Shown here piece by piece: positions 24,288 to 34,172 of a stretch of DNA of 64,000 bases. The first letter of the stretch is position 1. Every line of letters starts with the position of its first letter. The position numbers and the translations under genes are program-made. Source of the DNA: an uncultured Phycisphaerales bacterium (GTDB taxonomy: Bacteria > Planctomycetota > Phycisphaerae > Sedimentisphaerales > Anaerobacaceae); assembly GCA_963718665.1 (NCBI GenBank), contig OY970359.1, positions 2,432,001-2,496,000 of the forward strand. The letters run 5' to 3'. Under the pieces are notes generated by a model. The model was given only the letters and a program-made list of their open reading frames with translations, was not told the origin of the DNA and did no database searches.

Positions 24288-24518
24288 ATGTCCCCGCAGG
24301 AAAACCAGTCGGAAAACAAAAAATGGAAGGCCCTTATGAAATGGTCGGGGCTTGGTGTCGAGTTTGCCGGCGTTATTATCCTGTTCTGCTATTTCGGCTA
24401 TAAACTCGACGAAAAATTACAGACCAGTCCCTGGTTTCTTCTCGCCGGTTTCTTTCTCGGCTTCATCGGGATGTTATACATCATAATCAAGGACACCCGT
24501 AACCTCTGGCGGGACTAA
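24288..24518 (+). CDS. atpZ: AtpZ/AtpI-family small membrane protein
   Basis: GVEFAG...GYKLDEKLQTSPWFLLAGFFLGFIGM, the typical two-TM AtpZ pattern. Confidence 0.8.
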   Translation: MSPQENQSENKKWKALMKWSGLGVEFAGVIILFCYFGYKLDEKLQTSPWFLLAGFFLGFIGMLYIIIKDTRNLWRD

Positions 24519-24519
24519 A

Positions 24520-25782
24520 ATGGATACGCCGAACGACACACGTCCCCAAAATACTCGTCGGAAATTCGCCGCTATGGTTGGGGTATATTTCGTCGGCACC
24601 CTCAACGATAATTTTTGCCGCCAGTGTGTGATGCTTCTGGCCGTGGCGTGGGGCCTGGCCCGTATGCAGAGTTATATTACCGTTCTGTTTACGGTGCCGT
24701 TTATTATTTTCGCCGCTTACGCGGGTTTTCTGGCGGACCGTTTCTCGAAACGCTCGGTGGTGATTGGCGTTAAGCTCGTCTCCTTCGTCGCGTATATTCT
24801 GGGAATCATCGGGTTTTGTCTGAATAGCTGGGCGATTATTTTGGTTACGGTATTTATCCTCGGCCTTCAGGCCGCGGTTTTTAGTCCCGCGATAAATGGT
24901 ATCATTCCGGAACTATATCCTCCCGCTTTCGTCGTTACCGCAAATGGCATTATCGCCGCGGCTGTCAACATCGCGATATTGCTGGGAATCGCTGGCGCGG
25001 GCCTTGTTCTCGACATCAAAGGCACAGTATGCGATGCTCCCCTCGGTATGTTTCTTGCCGCGACAGTCGGCTTAAGCGTCGCTTTTATCACGTTTGTAGT
25101 ATCCTTTTTTGTCCCCGGATTTCCCGCCGCCTCACCCAAAGCCCGTTTCCCCTGGCAGGGGCCCTGGGAGTCGGTAATCACGATTGCTAAAACCAGAGGC
25201 GATTCTCTGCTCGCTAATTCGATTTTCGCCAAGGCCTTTTTCTGGTTCGCCGCTTCGCTGCAAATTCTTGTTATTAATCCGCTGGGCTTGACGCAGTTCG
25301 GCCTTACCAAGACAATGACCAGCGCTCTGATTGTCATTGAGCTTGTGGGAGTCGGTATCGGCAGTTTGCTCGCTCCTTTGATTGCAAAAGGTGAGAAATG
25401 GTATCGGGTGCTGGTCCCCTCGGGCGTTGTGATGGCCATTGCTATGTTCGCGGTGACGACCGTTCCATATCTGCCTTTGTTTACGCACAAACCGGTCGTC
25501 ATAGGCGCACTGGCGTTTCTGGGAATTGCCGGCGGCGTATTTTCGATTCCAGTAACGAGTTTTGTTCAGGTCAGGCCCGCCCCTGAAATGAAAGGCAGAA
25601 TGATTGCCTCGTCGAACTTTGCCGACTTTGCGGGTATATTACTTTCAGGCGCGGTATTTTATATTTTTAACCGCCTGAATATAATGCCAAGCAACTGTTT
25701 TGCGATTGTGGCTGTTTTAACATTCGCAGCAGCGGGCTGGCTCTTAATGTCACTGCGGGAGAGAACCCAGAATGCTTATTGA
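24520..25782 (+). CDS. MFS transporter, lysophospholipid transporter (LplT/Aas-associated) type
   Basis: GTLNDN, AGFLADRFSKR and FSPAINGIIPEL motifs; many hydrophobic segments; adjacent to the Aas-like gene. Confidence 0.82.
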   Translation: MDTPNDTRPQNTRRKFAAMVGVYFVGTLNDNFCRQCVMLLAVAWGLARMQSYITVLFTVPFIIFAAYAGFLADRFSKRSVVIGVKLVSFVAYILGIIGFCLNSWAIILVTVFILGLQAAVFSPAINGIIPELYPPAFVVTANGIIAAAVNIAILLGIAGAGLVLDIKGTVCDAPLGMFLAATVGLSVAFITFVVSFFVPGFPAASPKARFPWQGPWESVITIAKTRGDSLLANSIFAKAFFWFAASLQILVINPLGLTQFGLTKTMTSALIVIELVGVGIGSLLAPLIAKGEKWYRVLVPSGVVMAIAMFAVTTVPYLPLFTHKPVVIGALAFLGIAGGVFSIPVTSFVQVRPAPEMKGRMIASSNFADFAGILLSGAVFYIFNRLNIMPSNCFAIVAVLTFAAAGWLLMSLRERTQNAY

Positions 25783-28445
25783 TGTTGGGATGATAACGGT
25801 GTCGAGATTCCTGCTTTGGTTGCGGTACCGAATACGCCTCGTCGGTCTCGATGCAATCGAGGCGAAGGGAAAGACCGGAATAGTTTTTCTGCCGAATCAT
25901 CCCGCCCTTATGGACCCCATTATCCTTTATACATATCTTCAGAAGCGTTTCGCGCCTCACGGTTTCGGCGACGTTGACCAGGTCGATAGACCTCTTATTG
26001 GCTTTTTTGCCCGCAGGTGGGGCGTGCGAACTGTTCCGAGTATCGAGAAGTATGGCCCGTCTGCCAGGGCCGAGATTGAAAAGGTCCTCGACGAGACGAT
26101 TACTGGGCTTAAACATGGCGAAAACCTTGTTTTGTGGCCCGCAGGAAGGTTATGTCATAGTTACAAAGAATCGCTCGGCGCAAACAGCTCCGTCGAGAGT
26201 ATTTTGAAAAGTTGCCCCGATGTCCGCGTCGTTCTTGTCCGCACACGCGGTTTTTGGGGCAGCTCATTCAGTAGGGCGTCCGGCAATGAGCCGCTTGTGA
26301 TGTCGGTTTTGCGTAAGGGCATTTTGCAATTGCTCGCCAGTTTTATTTTCTTTGCACCTCGCAGGGAAATCACAATAGAATTTTACGAGCCGCCTGACCT
26401 CCCTCGAAACGCGGACCGTAATATTTTCAATCGTTTCCTCGAAGATTTTTATAACGCCGATGCTCCGCCAAATACCTATGTCCCCTATACGCTCTGGGAA
26501 AGGGGCGGCGTTCGCGTTGTCCCTGAGCCGATGCCGCCGACGTTGCAGTCCGATTATTCGAAAATCCCGTCCGCGACGCGGCAGATTGTTATGACGTATA
26601 TGTCCGAAAAAACAGGCATATCGAACCTCAAAGAGACCGACCGGCTGGCCGCTGATTTGGGAATGGACAGCTTGGTTCGCACCGATTTGCTCCTCTGGCT
26701 CGAAAAGGAATTCGGCTTCCGTCAGGCCGACGCTGACGCGATGCAGACAATCGGCGACGTTATGCTTGCCGCCTGTGGGCAGTTTGTCTATCTTGCTACG
26801 ACTTCCATTAAACCGGTTCCGGCAGGGTGGTTCAGGCCTCATCCCCAAATCTGTGCATCAGTGCCCGACGGCGATTCTATTACCGATATCTTCCTTATGC
26901 AGGCCGCGCGTCAGCCGGACCATATTGTCATTGCCGACCAGATTGCCGGCGCAAAATCATACCGTGACATCGTTACCGCCTGTCTCGTTCTTCGCCCTCT
27001 TATCAAACAGTTCGAAGGCGACCGCATCGGCATAATGCTGCCTGCCTCCGTAACTGCCGATATCCTTTATCTCGCGACGCTTTTCGCCGAAAAAGTCCCC
27101 GTTATGGTTAATTGGACCGCCGGGCCGCGGAATATCCTCGCTTCACTCGATGCCGTCGGCGTAAAACATATCCTCACGAGTAAGGCCCTCGTTGACAGGA
27201 TAACTTTGCAGGGTATTGACCTCTCAGCCGTTACCGAACGGCTCTGTTTTCTCGAACAGTTGAGCGGGAAAATCTCTCGAACTCGCAAACTAATCGCCTG
27301 GCTTGCCGCCCAATTGTCCTGGGCTTCTCTGCGTAACGCCAAAGTCCCCCAAACCGCCGCCATCCTTTTCACAAGCGGCTCCGAAACGCTACCAAAAGCT
27401 GTCCCGCTTTCGCACGTCAATATACTTGCCAACATACGCGATGTGCTTGGCACAGTCAAAATTTACGAAACAGACCGTCTCATCGGTTTTCTGCCTCCGT
27501 TCCATTCCTTCGGCCTGACCGTTACCGTTGTGCTGCCCGTTGTCATCGGCGCAGGCCGTCTATTACGCCAACCCTACCGAATCCGATACCCTCGCCAAAA
27601 TCATCAGTGCGTACGGTGTTACCGTTCTTCTCGGCACGCCGACGTTTCTGGGCGGTATCGTCCGCGTCGCAACCGTTGAACAGCTCGACTCCCTGCGTTT
27701 TGCCGTAACCGGCGCGGAAAAATGTCCCCAACAGGTTTATGATTCTCTTGCCGCGAAATGCAAAAAGGCCGTAATATTCGAGGGCTACGGTGTTACCGAA
27801 TGTTCTCCCATTATATCGCTCAATGATGAAAACGACCCAAAACCATTTTCCATAGGTAAACTCCTTCCCTCGCTCGAATGTCTCCTCCTTCATCCCGACA
27901 CGGAGCGCAGCGCAGGGCCTGCTTCAGCAACATTGAAGCCACTTTCTCCGCCCGCCACCGGCATCCTTCTCGTCCGCGGCCCAAGCGTTTTCGCCGGCTA
28001 TCTCAACTATCCTGGCAAATCGCCTTTTGTCGAAATCGGAGGCAAACAATATTACAACACCGGCGATATTGTCTGCATCGACCATGATGGCCTTATGACT
28101 TTTCAGGGACGACTCAAAAGATTTGCCAAGCTCGGCGGCGAAATGATTTCCCTGCCCGCCATCGAATCCATTCTCGAAGCTGCTTTCCCTGCCCTGAGCG
28201 GGGTCGAAGGACCCTCTGAATCAGATAAGTGGCCGACTCTTGCTGTCGAAGCAACCGAGGCCGAGCAACCTGAGCTTGTCTTGTTTACCTCTCGTGATAT
28301 CGAACGCGAGGAAGCCAATAAAAAAATCCGCGACGCGGGCCTTTCAGGTCTTCACAGTATCCGCAGGGTAATCAAGCTCGACCAGATTCCCCTCCTCGGC
28401 ACAGGCAAAACCGATTACCGTGCACTGAAGCAGCTTCTGAAATAA
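25772..28445 (+). CDS. Aas-like acyltransferase (PlsC)-carrier protein-AMP-dependent acyl ligase, with a frameshift near 27550
   Basis: NHPALMD and WPAG (PlsC); DLGMDSL (ACP Ser); LFTSGSETLPK; second frame AVYYANP, EGYGVTECSP, YNTGD, GRLKRFAKLGGEMISL, LLGTGKTDY. Confidence 0.85.
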
Positions 28446-28671
28446 ACCACGAACCTGTCCTCTGACTTGTCCGCCATAGTTTTAACGAAGGCGGAAGTCC
28501 TTCAGGGACGTAGGAGGATTACACAGATTTCACGGATTAAGTTTGCCGTAAAAAAGCTTGTTTTCTATCATCATAGAACAATATAATGATTCCTTAAGGC
28601 CGGGTGATATGATTTTGCATTACAAAGGAAATAGGTGTGGTGTCCTCAGGATTTGAGAAAGTTGAGTAACT

Positions 28672-29016
28672 ATGAGATGGTTTAAGAAGTATTTCGGATC
28701 TCAACAGGGAAAACGTTGGGCAAAGTTAGAAGCTATACAGGCCAAACTTCGGGAGCTATGCAAGATGCCAACCGAGGGACTCTCGCTCAAGGAGATTTAT
28801 GACCGGCAAATGGGTCCTATCCTTGATCTAGGGATTGAGTTGAGCCGTCTTGGCGGTGTAGAATTTATGCGTGCGGCATTAATCGGCTTCTCGGTGCACG
28901 ATCAGAAAATAATTTCTTATGCTTGGGAAGGACACGGCGGTTGGAGCGATCCAGCAAACAAAGAGATGGATAAAAAAGTGTGGGATGACCTCATAAACAT
29001 TTTTGGTCGTCCATGA
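28672..29016 (+). CDS. Hypothetical protein (114 aa)
   Basis: Intact ORF in an AT-richer intergenic stretch; no motif recognised. Confidence 0.6.
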   Translation: MRWFKKYFGSQQGKRWAKLEAIQAKLRELCKMPTEGLSLKEIYDRQMGPILDLGIELSRLGGVEFMRAALIGFSVHDQKIISYAWEGHGGWSDPANKEMDKKVWDDLINIFGRP

Positions 29017-29136
29017 TAACACACTTCCGAACTATCGTTCAAACCGGGGGACAGCTATCGTTTTCGGCGTTATTCTTTTTCCCTTTTTACTTTTGTCTTA
29101 TACTCTTGTGCCTTATGTGCCTTTTCGTGGCTAAGG

Positions 29137-29970
29137 TCAACGCGTGAACTTTCTGAACTCCTCCATCAATGTCTTCGTCCACTTGCCGGGTTTGCCGTCG
29201 CCCGTCATTTTGCCGTCGAATTTAACAACCGGGATTATGTCCCTTGTCGTTACCGCCAAAAACAGCTCATCTGCGCCTGCCGCCTCTTTGGGTGTCAGCG
29301 ATTTTTCGACAATCCCCAGCCCGATGTTCTTCGCCGCCAGCTCGACGTATTTTCGTGTTACCGAGGGCAATATATTCGCCTTGAGAGGCGACGTGCGCAG
29401 TTTGCCTTTAACAATCCCGAAAAACGCCGAAGATGACCCCTCCGTAATCATCCCGTTATCATCTACAAATACGGCCTCCCAGCATCCCTTTTTGTCCGCG
29501 TCGCCTTTGGCAAGGACGTTCGGCAGCAAATTCAGCGACTTGATATCGCATCTCTTCCAGCGAATATCGGGATACATCGATACCGCGACGCCCTCGTTTT
29601 TCAGCTTGGGGTTATCCTTCAGTTCAGTAATCGTCAAAAAGAAATTCGGCTTCAAATCCGCCGCCGGTAAATGGTCTCTCATCCCTGAACCACGGGTGAT
29701 ATGAAAATATATCTTTGCGTTTGCTATCCCCGCCTTCTCAAACGCCTTTAGCACTTTCGAGCGGATTTCCCCAACGTCAACGCCGGCTATCTCAATCGCC
29801 TTCAAGCTGTTGGCAAAACGCTCAAAATGCTCATCTATTGCGAATATCCTGCCGTTATAGCTCCTTAGCACTTCATAAACTCCGTCGCCGAAGAATATCC
29901 CCCGGTCAAGGTACTCGCTGCCTACCTCCTCGATGCCCATCATTTTGTCGTTTATCATCGCTATCTGCAT
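29137..29970 (-). CDS. Aminotransferase class IV (D-amino-acid aminotransferase-like)
   Basis: DRGIFFGDGVYEV, RWKRCDIKSLNLLPNVLAK (PLP Lys), TEGSSS and ILPSVTR motifs. Confidence 0.9.
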   Translation of the reverse strand: MQIAMINDKMMGIEEVGSEYLDRGIFFGDGVYEVLRSYNGRIFAIDEHFERFANSLKAIEIAGVDVGEIRSKVLKAFEKAGIANAKIYFHITRGSGMRDHLPAADLKPNFFLTITELKDNPKLKNEGVAVSMYPDIRWKRCDIKSLNLLPNVLAKGDADKKGCWEAVFVDDNGMITEGSSSAFFGIVKGKLRTSPLKANILPSVTRKYVELAAKNIGLGIVEKSLTPKEAAGADELFLAVTTRDIIPVVKFDGKMTGDGKPGKWTKTLMEEFRKFTR

Positions 29971-30039
29971 AATTATGATTCCTTAAAATTACTCCCGGGT
30001 TTATCCCGTGGGATTCGTTAAAAATATCCGATATTTCTC

Positions 30040-30067
30040 TTTACTGCAATACCGCAGTTGCTATAAT
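30040..30067 (+). promoter_or_regulatory. Putative sigma70 promoter of rplU
   Basis: TTTACT, 16-nt spacer ending TGC, then TATAAT (extended -10). Confidence 0.55.
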
Positions 30068-30113
30068 ACTCAGCTTTTACGAATGTTTGAATTTGAACGT
30101 CGGAGTGATTGAA

Positions 30114-30443
30114 ATGTACGCAGTAATCGAACAAGGCAGTAAACAATATAAGGTCTCGCAGGGCGATACGCTCGATATCGAGCTTACGGAAGTTGCCCCA
30201 GACGCGAAAAACATCGAGCTTGGCAAGGTCCTGCTCGTCAGCGATGGCAAAGACGTCAAAATCGGCGCCCCATACCTCGCAGGCGCAAAGGTTATCGCCT
30301 CATTCAAAACCTCAGCGGAACAGGCGGTTGTTAAGGGCGAGAAAATTCAGTCCCAGTATTTCCGCAGACGCAAAAACTACAACAAGAAAACCGGCCATCG
30401 CCAGAAATTTCTCCGCGTTACCATCGACAAAATCGAATCCTAA
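30114..30443 (+). CDS. rplU: 50S ribosomal protein L21
   Basis: MYAVIEQGSKQYKV, IGAPYL and GHRQ motifs. Confidence 0.95.
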   Translation: MYAVIEQGSKQYKVSQGDTLDIELTEVAPDAKNIELGKVLLVSDGKDVKIGAPYLAGAKVIASFKTSAEQAVVKGEKIQSQYFRRRKNYNKKTGHRQKFLRVTIDKIES

Positions 30444-30449
30444 AAATGT

Positions 30450-30484
30450 TTAGCCCCTAGGTCTGCCTGGGGGTTATTTTTTTT
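30450..30484. terminator. Hairpin between convergent rplU and U32 genes, probable terminator (TTAG-hairpin family)
   Basis: CCCCTAGG-TCTG-CCTGGGGG followed by a T-tract. Confidence 0.6.
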
Positions 30485-32303
30485 CGTGGGAGTATATTAT
30501 TTCCATCCCACATTTTCCGCATCGAAATTTTACTTCGTATTCCCTGTCATCCTCATCCAGCAAAATCATCGGCTCCACGGGTGTTTTTTCATCTTTTCCG
30601 CCGCATAGCCCCAGTTCCTGTCGTAGGCAGTATTTTGTCGTCATTACCACCTGTCCCGACAAATCCAGCCCCGATTCCGCCGCCGGCTCGATTGTCTCAA
30701 CGCCGTGGCGATGGTAAAACTCCTCCGCCTTTTTGTTCAGCACGTTGCCTCTGAAATCCAAAGTTTGTTGCGGGTAGGGCACATCATTTTTCAGGATATG
30801 ACCCGCCGCGCGAGGCCGATTCACTTCTCTTGCCTCAAGCATTTTTTCAGCCAGTTCCCGTTTCGCGGCGTTCAATCGTGACACAGGCAGAAAATAAACA
30901 TCCAGCGTCTCTACCCGCACCTCCGAACACTCGAAAATCGTATTTCCGAGTTTGCTTAACTGCGTAATAATCGTTTGCTTTGCCTGCTCTTTTTTCAACG
31001 CCGGCTGTTTATCTCCGTTTATTTCCACCGTTGCCTCATTGCTGTCCTCATCAGCCCCGATGAGAATCAATCCCTTGGCCGACTCACGCATAACCATCGT
31101 TAATCCGATTTTGCGTTCTGCGGATTGGCCCGACAGCTTGCGATAAAACTCGTAATCGTAATTACGGTAAATCTTCTCACCCCTTCTTATATCCTGCATC
31201 TTTTGCGGGTAAATCTTTCTGCCCTCAACCCGATTGATGACCGTCCCGGCCAAATTCTTCTGTCTGTCAAAAAAGCAAAGCCCGTCCGCGTTATGCAGTT
31301 CCTGTTCGCCGTCTATGGCAAAGTAATTATTTCCCGTTTCCGTTACCGTGCCCACAAATTCGCCCATCGATTTGGGCGTATCAATTGAGCCAAGATTTGC
31401 TTTCTTGCCTGTAATGCCGTAATCAGAAAATCCCCGATTAAACGTCTTCTCCGGGTTCGGCTCAAAGTTAATTTGTGGCGTTCCCGATGATGCGCGTTTG
31501 AGTTTCTTTTTCGCTATTATTTCATCCAAACGCCTGCGATAAAAACTCACGGTATTCGCGACGTATGCCGTGTCCTTCAATCGTCCTTCAATCTTGAACG
31601 CATCAACCCCCGCGTCAATCAGCTCTTCCAGATGCTCGACTAAGTTCAAATCCTTCAGCGATAACAAGTGTCTGTCTTTGGCGATTATTTTCCCCTGTTG
31701 GTCTTTGACGCTGTATATCCTCCTGCATGGCTGTGCGCATTGTCCCCTGTTGCCGCTTCGTCCGCCGATTGCGTAACTCATATAACATTGTCCGCTCGCC
31801 CCGACACATAATGCGCCGTGTATAAAACACTCAAGCTCGATTGTCGTCGCCTTGCGGATTTGCCTGATTTGTTCGAGTGTCAATTCCCTCGCCAATATCG
31901 CCCGCGAAAAGCCGACGTCCTGAAGAAATTGCACCTTCTCAGGCGTATCGTTATTCATTTGCGTGCTCGCGATTATCGGCAGGCCGGGCAAATCTAATTC
32001 CAATAGCCCCGTGTCCTGTATAATCAGCCCGTCGATTCCTGCTTTTTGAAGCTGGCCAATCATCATCTCCGCCGGCGCAAGCTCATCATCCTTCAAAAGC
32101 GTATTCAGCGTAACATAGACCTTCGCGTAATACTGGTGAGCGAAGTCCGCGACCTGCTTTATTGATTCAACGGTGTTATACGCCGCCTCGCGTGCCCCGA
32201 AGCGTTGTGCCCCCATATAGACCGCGTCCGCTCCGCATTGTATTGCTGTTATCGCTGTTGCCGCGTCCTTCGCCGGCGCCAATAATTCGATTCTTCTGGT
32301 CAT
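30474..32303 (-). CDS. rlhA: U32 peptidase-family protein with DUF3656 (RlhA/YdcP-like rRNA hydroxylase)
   Basis: IELLAPA, GADAVYMG, HGALC-SGQC-RSGNRGQCAQPCR, FKIEGR and VMTTKYC motifs. Confidence 0.85.
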   Translation of the reverse strand: MTRRIELLAPAKDAATAITAIQCGADAVYMGAQRFGAREAAYNTVESIKQVADFAHQYYAKVYVTLNTLLKDDELAPAEMMIGQLQKAGIDGLIIQDTGLLELDLPGLPIIASTQMNNDTPEKVQFLQDVGFSRAILARELTLEQIRQIRKATTIELECFIHGALCVGASGQCYMSYAIGGRSGNRGQCAQPCRRIYSVKDQQGKIIAKDRHLLSLKDLNLVEHLEELIDAGVDAFKIEGRLKDTAYVANTVSFYRRRLDEIIAKKKLKRASSGTPQINFEPNPEKTFNRGFSDYGITGKKANLGSIDTPKSMGEFVGTVTETGNNYFAIDGEQELHNADGLCFFDRQKNLAGTVINRVEGRKIYPQKMQDIRRGEKIYRNYDYEFYRKLSGQSAERKIGLTMVMRESAKGLILIGADEDSNEATVEINGDKQPALKKEQAKQTIITQLSKLGNTIFECSEVRVETLDVYFLPVSRLNAAKRELAEKMLEAREVNRPRAAGHILKNDVPYPQQTLDFRGNVLNKKAEEFYHRHGVETIEPAAESGLDLSGQVVMTTKYCLRQELGLCGGKDEKTPVEPMILLDEDDREYEVKFRCGKCGMEIIYSHEKK

Positions 32304-32847
32304 TACTGTGATTTTAGAACAAATCACGCCTTTAGAAAAGGATTTATCGTCGCTGTTGGCTGTAGTATGATGGACAAAACTTGGAATGAGGTATTTCAAA
32401 CCCGACCTTTGATATATCAAGTTTCATCCGTGACATATCATTGTTCAGCTGAGGCAATCAGCCACAAAAAGGGCTTCTACAGCGTCAAAAATGCTGTTCG
32501 CCGCAAAAATGCACAAAAGGGGCACAAGAAGGGATTAGGAAAGCTTATGTTGGACTAGTTCACGGTTATCAGACACAGATTCACGCAGATTTACCTGATA
32601 TTTCCCATATTAAACGCTTGGCTACGCAACCAAGCCTTCCAGTTCCATAATAATATCAAAATCTTCCTCGAATGACAATAATCCAAGCTGGTTTTTTAGA
32701 TTTTGTCTCCAAATCCGCATCTTATTCAAAACGTTACTTTTATTTGGGAAACCAGATTAACATTTCTTAACGGATAATGTTATTTATGTGCCGGACCTGA
32801 CGATTTTCTGTGACAACTGGCCGCACTAATTGTCAATAAACCTGTGA

Positions 32848-33969
32848 TTATGATGGGTATTGCGATCCTTGCTTGGCTAATTCACAACTTACGTTGTTAT
32901 GCATGCTCTTCGTTTCGGGCTTCAATAGTTTCCTATTCTTCTTGTTCCTATCAGTTTTGTCAAAATAGTCGTCAATCTCATAATAGTACTTGGCAACGAG
33001 CTTCGCCTTGATTGTGATCATTTCACAAAATTCTGAAGCCCAATCTCCACTGAATTTAAAATATTTCAGGTACACATTAACAGGGCAGTAACTCACTAAC
33101 GGGTATTTTCTTGCTGATTCCGAACCGTAAGCTCTCTCTTGAATGTAGGCGCGAAGTTTGTGGTTTCTCTGTTCGTCAATACCTCTGTGTACGTCTCCAA
33201 TCGCAAATTGAGTGCCGAGCTCCATTGCTCTGTGACAAGGATAAAGAATGCCTTGCCAATCGCAAGCGAGCCCCTCGGCTGTAATGCCGCACATTTGGGG
33301 ACAACTGACCTTCTTTAACATCTCATAAAGTTGCCTCGCACAAAGCAAGATACCCTCGCCACGTAGCATTCCCTGTACCAACTTTTCGTATTCCTTCTCA
33401 AAGAGATCAACATCTTTGCGAGTATACCATCCGTAGTTCTGAATCACATTGATGTAAACTCCGTTCTGAAATCCAACATCCCATAGATATCGGAGATTAT
33501 CGTACAGACTAGGAATAATTCCAGCCTGCATCGCAATTGTAACTCTCCCTAACGAGGCCAAACGCGGCAACCATCTACTTATACGGTCAAATCCCCCCCG
33601 CATGGTATCGTGGCGTTTTTTCCGACCATCCAAGCTCAAGAGGACAGAAATTGGCTCACTTTCAAGGAGCGCCATGGTTTTTTTGCCGATTAGAGTTCCA
33701 TTTGTGACAACGCCAATACTTGTATCTGGAAGTTTATGGCGAAGAGCCTCAACTATATGTTCAAACGCATCTTTGCATAGGAGCGGTTCTCCTCCGAAAA
33801 TCTCGACATGATGCGGTCTGCATTTCACGCAGTATTCAACAAAATTATCAATTACCTCTCGGCTAGCTCTTGCCTTGGGCTGCTTATGATATTTTGTGCC
33901 CTGAAAACAATATTTGCATTCTAGGTTGCAACTCGGTGTCAACAGAATATATATGGTCTTGCTATCCAT
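32848..33969 (-). CDS. Radical SAM enzyme with C-terminal SPASM/Twitch-like region, putative peptide maturase
   Basis: CNLECKYC, FGGEPLL, VTNGTL, SLDG..HD.MR and CGIT...DWQGILYPCHR motifs. Confidence 0.9.
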   Translation of the reverse strand: MDSKTIYILLTPSCNLECKYCFQGTKYHKQPKARASREVIDNFVEYCVKCRPHHVEIFGGEPLLCKDAFEHIVEALRHKLPDTSIGVVTNGTLIGKKTMALLESEPISVLLSLDGRKKRHDTMRGGFDRISRWLPRLASLGRVTIAMQAGIIPSLYDNLRYLWDVGFQNGVYINVIQNYGWYTRKDVDLFEKEYEKLVQGMLRGEGILLCARQLYEMLKKVSCPQMCGITAEGLACDWQGILYPCHRAMELGTQFAIGDVHRGIDEQRNHKLRAYIQERAYGSESARKYPLVSYCPVNVYLKYFKFSGDWASEFCEMITIKAKLVAKYYYEIDDYFDKTDRNKKNRKLLKPETKSMHNNVSCELAKQGSQYPS

Positions 33970-34172
33970 TTCAACACAGTCTTTCCTTTGCGTGTCGTCG
34001 GCTCAACCTCTACAGCAACCAGTGATAAACTGAAGGTGGGTTCGAGTCACAAAGACACAAAACTCGCTTTGCGGGTAACTCGCGCCACAAAAACCAGACG
34101 TCACTTGGCAAGCATCTGGCGCAGTTCTCACTCGCTTTCTTCATCAGTTTGTTAAAAGCCGGTCCTACAGAT

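Noticed and set aside
30474..32303. U32 'peptidase' as the RiPP leader protease
   Set aside because: The Cys motif and C-terminal domain fit RlhA-type Fe-S RNA hydroxylases; it has its own promoter-like -10 and host-like composition.
32367..32558. 63-aa ORF as a further RiPP cluster gene
   Set aside because: Opposite strand, no motif, and its 3' part is short-period repeat sequence (GCCACAAAAAG/GCACAAAAG).
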